64,000 bases of DNA from Phoronis australis (lineage: Eukaryota; Animalia; Phoronida): contig NMRA01000500.1 in NCBI GenBank assembly GCA_002633005.1, forward strand, positions 191,853 through 255,852, given 5' to 3'. Below are positions 48,401 to 61,800 of this stretch, piece by piece. The notes beneath the pieces are model-generated. The model saw nothing but the letters and a program-made list of their open reading frames with translations, did no database searches and was not told where the DNA came from. Numbering within the stretch: position 1 is the stretch's first letter; each line of letters opens with the position of its first letter. Both the position numbers and the translations under genes were made by a program.

Positions 48401-51400
48401 ATGAGTGAGTGGCAATGACTGAAGTCACAGGCAGCTCGTGTCTGTGTTTTTAATTGTCAGATCTCGTGTAGGTCAAACTATACTTCCTGTCCACTAGACT
48501 TGAAACTCTCCTTCCATCAAAAATTAACGTTTGATGTTGACCACTTACTGTTGTGAAAATTGTTTGCATTCTGTAGTTTTATACTCACAAAGCAATTGTG
48601 GAGAGTATTTTTCACTCACGGAACAAAAAACGCGGTGAATTCTGACGAATATGTCAACCGCCCAATCTCACTAAAACAGTCACTGTAATGGCCGCCCTTT
48701 TACTTTTGTACAACCAGTAGAGTCCTAAGCATACTTACGACACTCGCCTTCCACTGAATGCATGATTTTGCTTTTTCGTTAGATTCTTGCATCAATGCAA
48801 TGCACCCTTGGTTGAGGTCAGGCCCGATTAGTTGGCTTAACACAGCAGGTTAATTTATGCGCCGAGAATGGTCTCGGGGATTTAACAAACAGTTTTCCTT
48901 AAGTCCAGAGACCACTTCTCATCTGAGCAAAGAACCATTCACAGTTTCTTGATAAATTGTCAAGATCAAAGCGAAGATTTTTATGGTAGGCGATCTGAAA
49001 TGCAATTTTACGATATGCCTTGACACAGCTGGCAGCCTCCTCTTGCTTTAGTTCGATCTTTGCATCAGCTGAAATAGGGTCGTCCCGCACTACAAAGCTC
49101 ACTTGAATCTCACTGTATTTACCCATAATGGTGTAAACATCCATCAGGCACATATGCTGCCTCGTTTTCATGTCACCGGAGTTTCACGTGTTATTTGTTA
49201 TCGTCTGATTCCTTACAAGTTTTTTCTCAGTTGCATTACTCTATTCGTCCTTCCAGTGCCAACTGCTGTGCTGTTGGCTGCAACTTCGACGTGAGAATGT
49301 TTGATAAACTGGACAATACCCATGGATGCGTGATCTGAAATTCTTTGCCTTCTTGACATCAATGAGGAATTGGAAAACGTGCCTGATTGCCAAAACAAAG
49401 TCACATGCTTTCTCATCTCTGGGACAAAAGAGTTCTATCGCCATGTAATCTGGAACGACCCTATTCAAACTATTTCCTCATACCTTATTTTCTGTATTAC
49501 AGTCAGATTGGATTTTTTTCATTTTCCTGGTTTGAAGCACACTCAAGACAATGTGCAATTTCCTCTAACTTATTACAACAAAACGATTTGTTCATTCTCA
49601 TCTCTAAAGAACTTAGGATGTGTAAAAAAGGTTTGGATGCAAAGAAGCCAGAAATCTTGAAATTTCATATCTTCAACGTTGTAACGGAATCATATGAAGG
49701 TGAAAATTATTGTGGAGGGCACATTCTGCCCCAGCCACCTGGTTTCAAATGCCCTATTGTAACAGTCCAACAAACTTATTGTGTGCATACAATTTTATCG
49801 ATTTGTGGGCAGTAATTGTATCACTTTTTGCTCAATGTCTTAAGACGAAATGAACAGTTGCTTAATGTAATAGGCTAAATCAACAACACAGTGGTCATGT
49901 TTTGCATTATTTCCGACTTTGTACACCTTGACACTGCAAACTTGTCCAATTCAGGTATTTAATGCGTTCTTTCGAATTGAAGTAGTACCGAATGCGTGAA
50001 CTTTTTGTCCACAGTGTACACATAGCAGACTTTCTTCCTGCACACCAGAGAAAGCGAAGGTTATCGCTCAAGGGGAAGAATCCTCGTGAACAGCTTTTGG
50101 AGGCACATAGGCAGGCAACAAGCGAGTGTGGGAGCAATGTGGACCCAATCAGAATACAGAAGGAGTTCCTCCGAATATGTCGTGGCATGCCATTCTACGG
50201 GTAAGTTAATAATATAGTAGACGTGGTTATACTTAGTAAAACAGGTGTAGTCTGAGCATTTTCTCTTCAGTTCTGTGGGTAACCTTTTGAAGGAATTGGA
50301 TCGAGGTTAAATGTCATTAAATTATAATTTGAAAAGTCACGTACATAATGGACGAATCTCATCAGGTCAAGGAAATATCTCACCATCAATGTGTTCTATC
50401 AATGGAAAACCTAGTGCATTTGTGTCACGTGATATCGTGAATGAACGACAACTGAGGTCAATTTTGTTTGGGATTGTCTTCAGCGTAGCCTGTGTCTCTC
50501 ATCAACACGTTGACTAGTATTAGAGAACTGAGATGACGATAGAAGCAGGGAGTTTGTGGGACGCGCGTTTGATCCCAGTTCCAGTTTTATGGGCTTTAAC
50601 AGCACAGTAAAGTCCTGGTCTGTGCCTTTAAACTAAAGTGAATTCTTAGACGAAGCGTGCAACTCACTGCGTCTACGTGCCTCTTGTACTGGTGACTGAC
50701 AGCAGTTTAGTATTGACCAGCTCTCCATAAACTTTTGTGGTCCAGTAGCTCACAAATTCACCTAAGAAAAAACATAATACTGAGGAGTCTGTAAATTAAG
50801 TCCCAAGTTTGTAATGGTGCTAGTGCGAGACTGGCACTGGAGAACCTTGATCATTATTCCCTTGCTTCCAAGTGTATGTTGACAGATATCTCATCTTTCT
50901 AGTTCAGTTTGTTGTATCCAGTGTGGTCCAAGGATATCATTTATACCATTTGATGTTTGATATCAGAAATAGGCATCTATTAATGAGGGTACATGTTGCC
51001 AACTATATGACACAAGTTGGATGTAAAAAACTTGCAGCACTGGTGGCTTATCACCTGAATTATGTACTTGTAACGAATTGCCTTTTTGTTGACAATTTAT
51101 GGTTGTTGCAGTTGCGCGTTCTTTGACGGACAAATTGAAACCCCTAGAGGGATGATGAAGCTTGTCAACCAAGAAGACAAAGCTGTTAGGATAGGAATCA
51201 ACAGAGAAGGCATCTACATAATTGACCCAATTAAAGTGGTAAGTGGCCTGCTAGGAAACCATTAAAGTGGTGAATGAAGGTAGGAACAGTTGAGAGAGCG
51301 TCTACTGACCTTATGGCTATTTCCAAAGTAGCGGTGACATACTGAAGGATACTTTATTGCTAAGTGGCAATCTAGCATTTGGTGGACGATCCGTTCGTAT

Positions 51401-52889
51401 CACCTGTGACTTGGGTTGAGATTTGTGGCATTGGAATTTCACGTTTTTTTGAATTTATAATTTTTGTGCAAACGTTATCCGGTAAAATTATCATTTGTTC
51501 TGTTGGATGGTTAAATGATTTGCGTGCAAAAGCCTAACTTTTCAAAATGTCCGTGAATTAAAGAAATTGCATGGAAGGTTCGTCACCCCAGAATTTGAAA
51601 TTGGGTGAGGTGAAGGTCACTTTTGTGCTCTCATGTCACAAAAGGGTTATATGTCAGGTATCATGGAACATGGAGATGGCTTTATTAACCTTATTTCGTG
51701 TTGATCACGACTTTGTTAGCATAGATAGGACTTTACTGTTCTCTGGTAGGTTGACTCAACTAAAATGTTACAAGTAGTGGTTTTAAAACTTTCATGAAAA
51801 ATAGGAATCAAACTGCCCACCATCATGTTTTTAAATTAATTTTAGAAAGTCGGTGCGTCGATCATTTTTGTTATTTGTGAACATTTTTATGACAAATCTG
51901 AAATCTCACTGTGAAGAAATCTAAGTAAATGCTCAACATGCATTGTGACTGTGCTCACTTTGCTTGTAAGACTTTTGTAAGTACTGTTGTGTTGCAATGA
52001 ACCTCACAGGATCTTCTGAAATGTTCTGTGTAACCGAAGTTTGCTGTATTAAGCAAATCAACTTGGGACTTGTGAAATGGAATGTCATGAGTGAACAAAC
52101 ATAAACATGGAAACACTCAGTTACATGTTTCACCAGCATGAAGCTCCGACAGTCTAATTAATGCAAGTTTAATTTTCTCCCTGATTTTCTTTGTAGTCAC
52201 TCATCCTGGGTTTAACATATAGAGAGTTCTCCTGGCAATTCGCCACGTCCGACAAGTGCGCCAAGGATCCCAAACACTGTCTTCCATGTCTTTTTATACA
52301 GTTTCAAATCGACGGTGTCAACAAACTGTTGCAGATTTTCTCAAAACAGGTGTGTCATGTCATTTGATTTGCTTTCTATTGTTGCCTCTCTCCTTAACTT
52401 TGTCTTGCTATGGCATTTTTCACTTTAATTAAGACTATTGAGTCATGTGCTGTGATTAGATAATGCATCGTTCCATAACTTTAAGAAGTCGTTAATTAAG
52501 ACTCTAATGAGGGAACTGGACTTTAATTACGAGACTTTAAGTGATGAAATTCATGTTAAGCTGTGACAAAGAAAGAATTTGCATATTTTGAAATAATTAT
52601 TCTGGACTCGTTTCCATGTGGCTCTGTCCACGTGTTGTGCATTTGATTGCTCATGTGGAACTGCCGGGAAAATAACCTGCGTTTAACTGTTTAGGCCGTG
52701 ATGATGGATGCCCTTATCGACGCCTTTGTTGGATTCCTACTACAGTCGCCCGTGGCAACAGAACAAATAGATGGCAACGCCGGTGGTGACGTCGTTGATG
52801 GAAGAAAGAGCAGCGTTGATGGCAGGGTTCGTGTGTGTATGCAACGACAAGGTATGGAAATTGGTTGTTCTCAAGAGCAAGTCGACTAA
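42428..52889 (+). CDS. FRMD8: FERM domain-containing protein 8 (iTAP), 9 coding exons
   Basis: Phase-compatible GT-AG exons: 42428-42578, 45819-45986, 46534-46632, 47085-47149, 48238-48404, 50015-50200, 51112-51238, 52197-52349, 52695-52889. Peptides IAVYFPDG, FDLWFIS.HLALQLK.NH.PY, DEPVL.F.RNVYF, LLF.EARA.V..G.YP, MPFYGCAFF.GQIE, LGL.Y.EFSW, KLLQIFSKQA.MM. The end of the last exon is uncertain. Confidence 0.9.
49220..49470 (+). pseudogene. THAP-domain remnant of a DNA transposon in an FRMD8 intron
   Basis: Encodes CCAVGCNFDVRMFDKLD; homologous in inverted orientation to 62025-62250. Confidence 0.55.
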
Positions 52890-54355
52890 GTATCAAGCTA
52901 CCTGAACAACATATCTGCCACACTCATGAACATAGTTTCTTACTGATAAAATGAAACGTTTCTCACGGGCCTAATAAATAAACTCAATGTACAGACTCAA
53001 AAACATGGCTCACCTAGGCCCAAACACTGTGTCGGACTCAAAAAAAACATGACGTCTTGTGCACCTAAAACACAATTCCCGGCAAAGATTTGGCTCACTT
53101 ATCCCCCCAGCACAGTTCACAGATATGTAATCCAGTGTTTGTGAAAATGGCTTCAATTTCGCGAGTGTGAATTGTGGATGCATAAGAACTGATTTGTGAG
53201 TCTGGCACCATGTTTGGTGCCGGTAAGGAGTTGTGTTTGTGAGACCAAGCACTAGTTTGCTAGCCACGTTTTATAAGTGTGGAAATTGAATGTGACGGCC
53301 AATTTGTTCAGATAACTTCTGAGTATTAAAATCNTAGACCTCTGACAGAAGAGACATTTTGTGCGTATGTGGGCGGTCTATTTTCAAACGTTCAGCCTTT
53401 TGCTCATATGTGCTAGTTGATTTGTGATAGTAATTGATACGATTTTGAAAGTGCTATTCAGTGTATGTAACGTATGTCAAATTCAAGTATCGTTCAAAAA
53501 GGTAATGACCGTTTAGTTCAAAGGAAGTGTCTGTCTCTTATTCTGTGTCTTTTTCTTCTGTGTGTAAGGTTACGGTTTCAAATGTTAAGCCACTTTTTGG
53601 CAGGTATGCAGCTATGAGGATACAAATTGCTTATTGACGTGTTTCGAACACCTTGCACTGTAGCACTTGAGCAGATGATACTGCAATTAACTAAGATTTC
53701 ACCGATTCATTCATCATTATACCTTGTTGCAAGTTGATTAAATAACTTGCATACAGAAACTTGCATCTGTGACATCTGCACCCTGGAATTGTGCACATAA
53801 ACAGTCGTACAGTACATTCAATTTGCTTCATCATTTTTTCTTTTTACTTTTTAAAGTTGTATTGATTTCACATTAAATGAAACTTTGAGTAGTGGTTAGC
53901 GTAGTGGAATGTAAATAGTTAACTTATAAAGTTAATGTGACATGTTAGAGCTAAAGCTATATTGAGTGCAATTTCAGTAATATGGTTATCTTGAGACATC
54001 CCAATTCACACAATGGTGAGTTTTGTGATGATCACAAAAAAATTTTATGTGGTGAAATGAGGCAAATATTAAGCTCTTCTGGTTTTCGGTCATTATGTTG
54101 TGATCGGAATCAGGAATGGAGCTCAGTGGTGTTGTTTCTGGCTCCCTGACCCGCTCCATTCTAATTTGATGTTGCGTTCAAGTCTGCCATTTTTGACCCA
54201 CCGAAGCAGCACTCAATATAACTGTAAAGAAAATTGAAACTCTAAAGTGAACAATGAAGAGTATACACTGTGTAAATATATGAACAAACTTTATTAACTT
54301 TCTTCACTCTTTCAGTTGTTTACATTTTAATACAATTAATATTGTGTACATGTTA

Positions 54356-54645
54356 GGCCAAAAAAGTATTAGTAGGTTGTGGTCTCCCCCTGGCTAAAAA
54401 AACACCTTTCAGTTTCAGGCAAGGTCTGGTGACGTTTTTTATTTGAAAAGCTGCTCAAAGGCATGTAATCAAGATTTTTGGAATGCCACGATCAGCCAAG
54501 CAACGAGTGAAAAAAGTAATCCCCATCACTTTTGCTCAGTTCAGGTAGAGTCTTTTTTGAAAATGTGAGCAATTAAAACATACTGCACCACAGACTCAAT
54601 TTTCAAACAAACAGACCAGAAGCAATATAATATGCTATTTTGGCC
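54356..54645. mobile_element. Zator-like MITE
   Basis: GGCCAAAA...TTTTGGCC ends with TTA on both sides. A diverged inverted relative lies at about 34990-35220. Confidence 0.6.
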
Positions 54646-55615
54646 TTATATTTAGGCACTTCAGCATTTTGGAGTTGTTTTGTACATTCATCTGTGTGTA
54701 TTGTGCAATTTGCATTAATCTTCAAAACTTGGTATGGTTATTTTATTTTTCATTCATCTCAATATCTGTGATCTAAACCAGCAAGCGTAATTGTACTGGT
54801 GAGTAGTCGTTATGACATATAGATACAGGTGTAACAGATGACTGCAAAATAAGAAAACAATTAAACGTCATTAAGATGTTACATTATTTGACCATATCAT
54901 TTGGTAAAAGAACAAGAAACATATAGCCCAAAGCACTGAGGCAGTTTAAAAATGAAAAAAATTAACAACATAAGCTGACTTAGGAAGGTTCGAGAAGGTA
55001 TGAAATTCCTTATATTTTTCAATGTGAGTCGAGGTTCTGCGAGATCAGATTGTCACCAAGCCTTTGCAATTAGCCAAATATTTACATAACTGTAGCATTT
55101 TAAAAAAGTAAAAGTATACAATTTCTTAAACCAGAAAGCCTGTAGAATTTGATTTTACCCCATATCAATCTGAAATTAATTTGGACACGCGACTGCCTTT
55201 TTGGAAAATAATGCAGAAAGAGAATGCCACATTTATAGCAAATGATAGCAACAAAAATTTTTAAATTATCAAGATGAATGCAGTAAAATCTGTATGAGAA
55301 AAAATTTATTTATTTCTCCCGCCATGTTTTTGTTTTAGTTTTAGTTTCCAAACCGTCCACCCATAATTTTTAATTACTCTGGAATGCAACCATGTTAGGT
55401 CACTTCAATTTCTTGAATTTTCATATACTCCACAGGTTCTTCCAATGCACAAAAACAGTCGAATACGGTTAATTATAAGTTTTTTCAATTATGTGATGCA
55501 GTTTAATGATGCAGTGGCATAAAATATGTTGCTTGGACAAATGATACACGATGATATAGAGGATATCCAGTTACACTGGTACTCCCAAAAAACATTTCAC
55601 ACATCCCTACTCGTA

Positions 55616-56140
55616 TGGTGCGTTCCCATTAGGGAAACTTCGGTTTACCGAAGCTTCGCTGAGACTTCGCTTATCTTTCCAACTAGACGGTGATATTGAA
55701 GTTATCACTAGATGGCAATTCAGTCATGGGAGTAGACACCAGAGGGCAGTTCATTAGTACCATTCTCAAAAGAATATTAAGGCTAAATGTAAATTGTTCT
55801 GCCATTTACGAGTGTTATGAAAATTATCAGTGTCATTCTTAATCAGATATTTCTTTTATTTATTTACGTGCATCTATTGAGAGCACATCGACTATGCTAC
55901 AATAACCAAGAACATATTTTGCGAGTCTCGCATGATTGTATATTGTTGCCATGACCTCGTATCGATAACTTCAACGAAACTTCGTTCTGATCATTCCTAT
56001 TTCGGAGAGTACTGAAGCTTCGCTTTCAAACCCCACTACTTCAGCAAAGTTTCGCTTGCAGTTTCATCACAGGAGTTAACCTTTCACACTTACCGATACT
56101 TCGGTAAAAGTGAAGTTTGACCTCTAAAAGGAAAGCACCA
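55616..56140. mobile_element. Harbinger-like MITE
   Basis: Imperfect TIRs TGGTGCGTTCCCATTAG / CTAAAAGGAAAGCACCA with repeated CTTCG/CGAAG subterminal motifs. Confidence 0.55.
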
Positions 56141-57108
56141 ATAAAGTGCTGTACACTTCAGGGGTATTTAGAATTCAGATAAGTAAGAATCCTAGTTTGG
56201 CCATTACGGGCACAAGCCCAGTCAACTGGATGTGCCAACATAGTACATGTGGGACTTGCTATCACTAACAGCAATCATTACTCCCCAGTCCCCAAATATG
56301 AGAAGCTGATAACAAAAGAAAGCACGCTAGTTGCTTGTGCCCTTCAGATTCCAATACCAACCAATTCGGACCATTCACAATTTAACTACTGACACCTGCA
56401 AAATGGATTATAGCATTCCATGAATTCATTTATTAACAATACGCAAAATTTTTGTTACATGTACTTTGTTGCGTGGAACATCCGATAATAGCACTGTGAC
56501 AGTAGGTTGAACAGAAACTGGTACTTTTTATGAACACAGGCATACACAATTTATATTTTAATTGCCGCCCACCATTCGTCCTTGTTTTGTTCAACTTCTA
56601 CTCACATGTAACGTGGAAGACTTAAAAAAATAATTCCTCATAGCACAGCATAAGAAAACTTCATTTCAATATGATCAGTCATTTCTGAATCTGAGGCGTG
56701 ATGTTTCAAAATTAACCAAATTTGGACACATTCCTTTATTTTTCTGTGGCAGAGCACGATTTACCCTTCATATTGGGTCAATCTTTAAACACAAAAAGAT
56801 TTAAATGCAAGTAAATACTGATTGAGTGATTTAAGGATAAATAATCAGAAAGCAAGAAAAATGGATTCATTACCACGTATAGTAGAAGTTATAACCTGAA
56901 TGATGACTAAGCAGTTTTTCATTAATCTAAATGAAACTGGCAGGCTAGAGCTTATTACTAAAGTAAACCAATGAGCTAGAGATATACACTGTATTTAGCT
57001 CACTGAGTAAACACAGCTCACAATGAAAGTGTGTTGGCGAAACAAGATTAATTACCGTAATTAGCAAGATTTTAAATCGTAAAACAACATGCAGTTACAG
57101 AATTATTA

Positions 57109-57990
57109 TTATGCAGTTCCCTTGGACAGTCCTTTCTTTGCAAACCATTCATTACTTTTGTCAGCAGCTATGCCTTCATCGAGCAATGAGTCAGCATTTG
57201 GGTCTTGCCTGGACAATTCACGGAATGCTTCATCTCCAACAAAACAGATTTCATGTCCATCGGGATCTGCCAAAATGACCACTTGAACAGTGGCTTTTCC
57301 TGGAGTGTCCAAGCTAACCAAAGGCGTAAGAATTGTCTGATCAGCGTCTTTCATTTTCTTCTCGATTTCCGGAAGATCATTGGCTGGGCAGGAGAAGGCA
57401 ATCCTTCCATATGCCTTGGCATGGTCAACCACTTTACCAGTGTCACAAAGTTCCAGCTTACACTGGTTCTCGGCAAATCCCATCAGAGCACGCTTTTCAT
57501 CTCGCAAATATAATTTCATTCCGAGCAGTCCTTCCCAAAAATCCACAGAACGTTGCAAATTCGAGGACGCCAAAGAAACAGTCTGTACAGGATCTTCCAC
57601 CGCATCTTTATCCACCAAGACAAATTTATAACCTTCCACCGCCAGAATTATATTACCAGAATCGTCGACGCTGGATGGCCATTCACCCTTCTGTGCATTC
57701 GCCACCGCTTGCTTAGAATGAATAGTGATGCCTCTAAAGTCGTCCCCCATTGCATAGGTACCGAGTCCATAATTATAGGTCAGTTCTAGTACAAAGTGGT
57801 TGTCTTCTGATCCATAGCCGACCATGGACTTACTCCATTTTCCGTCGTACGGGCCGTTACATGCAGCTTTGCAACCTTCCTCGAATTCCTCGTGACGAAG
57901 AAACTTCATGCCCAGGATGTTGCGAAAGAAACTGGCCGTTTTTGTGCGATCACCAATTTTGAAAACGAAATGAAGCGCTCTTCGAGACAT
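57109..57990 (-). CDS. GLOD4: Glyoxalase domain-containing protein 4, intronless, 293 aa
   Basis: [15 protein letters not shown]...[44 protein letters not shown]...GRIAFSCP...[40 protein letters not shown]...DKS.EWF. ATG at 57990. Confidence 0.97.
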   Translation of the reverse strand: MSRRALHFVFKIGDRTKTASFFRNILGMKFLRHEEFEEGCKAACNGPYDGKWSKSMVGYGSEDNHFVLELTYNYGLGTYAMGDDFRGITIHSKQAVANAQKGEWPSSVDDSGNIILAVEGYKFVLVDKDAVEDPVQTVSLASSNLQRSVDFWEGLLGMKLYLRDEKRALMGFAENQCKLELCDTGKVVDHAKAYGRIAFSCPANDLPEIEKKMKDADQTILTPLVSLDTPGKATVQVVILADPDGHEICFVGDEAFRELSRQDPNADSLLDEGIAADKSNEWFAKKGLSKGTA

Positions 57991-58150
57991 TGTTACTCCG
58001 AGATAAAGGCGGGAAGTAAAGTCGATGACTGTCAATGAGCGAAACGTACGCAACAAGGACTAGCAAAAACAAATATTTGAGCAAGTTTGGCAAATCTCAC
58101 GTGACGGAAGTAAACTCACTTTATTACCTTCAGTACAAAAGTTTGTAAGT
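57991..58150. promoter_or_regulatory. Probable bidirectional promoter between GLOD4 and RAD52
   Basis: Head-to-head genes; CpG-containing segment with ETS-like (C)GGAAGT motifs and TCACGTGAC-GGAAGT at 58097-58111. Candidate first RAD52 donor at 58276. Confidence 0.6.
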
Positions 58151-58847
58151 TCCGGGAAATTTGATTTCATTTTTTAGTTTCAGTTCGGAACAACTATTGG
58201 GTTAGAATTATACACCTTATTCGAATCCAGACTTCTTGTATATTTGTGTATCGTATTAATTTTAATCTATAGAAGGTATGTTGTACAACGAGATTCGATT
58301 TTACATTCAATCTTTTCTTACACTTCGCAAGAGCAGCAGAGGCTAGAGTCAGACAGAGGGTGATGTCCATCTCACTCAGCAGGCATCACACTGTGTCGAC
58401 TGGCACGAGTTCTCAGTATATCCGAATGAAGTTTGCGTTGTAGTTATTTACAGGGGTCCAGAATTTTGAGAGCCAGATTGATGCCCGTTATTCTGTGGAT
58501 AAAGCTGGTTCTCAAAATACTGGCTGCCGCGAGTGACTTGCTGAAGTTTGGTGTTTATTATGAGGGAGCAGTATGCATATTGCATCGTGCATAGTGCCAC
58601 CTAGTGTCACTGTAAGTTGGCTGCTGTGGGTACACAATCATTACTTTTCACGCTCATCTATATGCTGATGTTCCTTGGCTTTGCTTGATTTGTTTGTGGT
58701 TGTAATTTTTGTATCGACTATGATCTGTCTACATCGTGTGTTTTGGTGTTTTAGATATGTCAATAAACACTGGTACAGGCTCACCACTTGTGTTCAATGA
58801 ATGAGCTCATGTTGAAAGTCTGTAAACTGATGAGCTGTTACTGAGCA

Positions 58848-61800
58848 ATGGAGACAATGCCTTCTACAGGACCAGTGGAATGTCCTCCACCAGGATTTGG
58901 TGTGGTAATTACTTATTGGTGCTTGATAACATGAAAGTAAATTTCATGTGTAGACAGTAGTGGTCCTCTACGGTATATTATTGGTGCCAGTTGTTTAAAT
59001 TTGAGTATCCAGCATAAATTAGTTCTACAGTCTCTAATTTCTATTCAATTTAGGGCTATTTTTAGTGGCACACCACACCATATCATGGGTCAACAACTGA
59101 TCCAGCACCAATTAGCAAAAATGATTAAAAAGGCTACTGATTTGTTTCTATTATCTTCCTGTGAAAGTACATTACAAAAACTCCTGTTTGATTTCAACTC
59201 CAGGCCACAGCGCTCTCTAAATTAGGTATGGTACCAATATCAATCTAGCTGTTAAGCATTCCCGCAGTCTTTTGTCCAGCGTCATAACTCGCAAGCCAAC
59301 TATCTAACATGGTTAAAGGAGTTTCTAAAACCATTCATCAACAAGAACCAGAGAACCAAAACCTAACGCATATCTATGTTTGTTCATTGTTGTCATATTT
59401 TTGATAAAAATCACTGTAAGCTAATGTTTTATAAGGAATTCAAGTTTAGAAGCCAAACCATTCCCGATATATCAATTTAGCCAGTATTTTATTGTTATGA
59501 AGCCATTGCTAATGCAGTAATTGCTCTGCTATGCACAATAAGACATTAGATCAAGTTTGCTGTTTACTACATTTCTTGTACAAATTAATGTAGTTACGTG
59601 AAACAAGCTGAGGTTCTAATGAAAAGTACAAGTGTTTTAATAAAAAACACAAAATTGTACATAACACAGTTACAAATTGTTTTCATGTCAGAGAATTAAT
59701 ACCATGTTGGCCATGTCTTTCTACAGCTAGATTCATTACTTCACACTTAAGTTAATGTAGGTTTAAGTTGGTGATTGTTGGCATGTTGGTGACACTTTGA
59801 GTTCATATAAACATTGTGTTAGAATTTATGTATTGCTGTTTGTAAGATCAAATATGCCGCTATTCGCTTGAGCAACCACAAATTAAGGGTCCAAATCTGG
59901 GTTTTTGTTTGTGATTCCCTGCGCTTTTTACTCTGTTGTGTTTCAGACCCAGTTCACAATTGAGGAAGAGAAAGCCATACAGGCAGCCCTGCAGCAAAAA
60001 CTTGGACCAGAGTTCATCAGTCAACGCCAGGGGGCAGGAGGACAAAAGGTATGTTCAAGCATTTGAAGTCAACCATCCCTTCTTGCTATAAGTTATGGCG
60101 TATTCTTAGAGACTGTATTTTTACAAAAAGGAGATATGTTCCAGCAGGGATGTAGAGCGTAAGACCAAATTTCTGACTTCATGAAAAAGATCCCTGTACT
60201 CAATATAAACTGCACTTCATTTTTTTTGCAGTTAGCCTACATTGAAGGATGGAGAATTATTAATCTTGCAAATGAGACCTTTGGTTTCAATGGCTGGTCT
60301 CACTCGGTCACTCATCAGACTGTAGGTAAGAAAAGTCTTTTTAAGCCACAGACTATCGCAGTATTTCATAAGCTGTGTAAAAACAGGAAGGGTTTTCAGA
60401 GCTGCCTTGGTCTTTGTTATGTTTTCTTTCGGGGAGGGGACACAATGTTGTTTATTTCATTTTTTAGCCCACTTAAGAGGTTATGAGAAACCCCTCATCT
60501 TACCTCACTTCCGTAAGTGATGTAACTGTCAATATTGTGTTGACCTCTGAGAGGTCAGGTCTTCAGCAACTGGAGCCACTTAATAAACTTATGGGTCATT
60601 TCATTGACCTTCCACCTCACTTCATAAACCCAGGAGAATATGGTATGCTAACAATACTAATACTGCCTTTTTATAGGATTGTTATTAACAAAATAATTGT
60701 CACATTCCATGAAAAAATTAAATTCTTTTATTTTGGATCCTTACATATTGTGCCCATTCATTCAGTGCATTGTGTGTTCAATGGTGTCAACATGTGTCAA
60801 GAAGATCGCAATTTTCACTTCAAAATCATGTCATGTTTCGAATGAGGTATGCGTCTTTTTTATGCAAGTAATTTTTGCAAAGATGATAACATTTCAAATG
60901 CTGTGTTTGTCTTTGCAGATTTCATTGATCATTACAACGGGCGATTTTATGTGGGTGTGAGCGCATTTGTTAAGGTTCAGCTAAAGGTTTGTGACAACTC
61001 AATAATTAATATGTTATGTTTTGAAGACCACGCCTATTGTATTTGTAAACCAGAATTAAAAGCCATTTCAATGTCATCAAAACCCTCTTTAGTAACATTA
61101 TGACTTCTTGCAATAATATAATAAGCTTTTAACGGAAAGGTATGAAAATCAAAAGTGGCAAATTATTAGTTTTAGCAATAAATTGAAGAATTTTTTCAGC
61201 ATTTGTGAATGTCAAGTATTTCATATTCTGCTCAGAAATAAATTGTATTTTTCCACGTGACATTACTTCTTGTGTTCATTTCTGCACCAAAGCTGCATTT
61301 TGTTGCATTTCACATTCAAACAATCAACTATTGAATAATAATTTCTTTTCTTCCAGCTAGTTGGTTTACCACCTGCGGTTGATAACTTCAATCTTTGGTT
61401 GAAAACTTAATTACTAATGTTTCCAGGACGGTGCTTTCCATGAAGATATTGGTTATGGAGTGTCCGAAGGAATGAGATCTAAGGCACTGTCTGTGGAGAA
61501 GGCTCGCAAGGAAGCTGTCACTGACGGTTTGAAGAGAGCCTTGAAGTAGGTGTTACATAACAATTAAAAGCGCCCGCTTTGTTGTAAAAAAGGAATTTAT
61601 GTAGACCTCGCACTGCTATGAAACTGAAACAGTCTTCGACTTGTTCCATACTGAGATTAAGAGTGATTTCTGGACTTGGGAAGAGCTGACAGTTATTTTG
61701 TGCACCGAGCTTGTTCTCAAGCAACAACAGAATATCTCCCTGGCACAGCAGTCATGTTTAATTTTTGGGACCTTTTAAAGTGCAGTGATTAATGGATAAA

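Noticed and set aside
57991-58056. 22-aa N-terminal extension of GLOD4 in the ORF track
   Set aside because: Starts at TTG; homology begins at the ATG at 57990.
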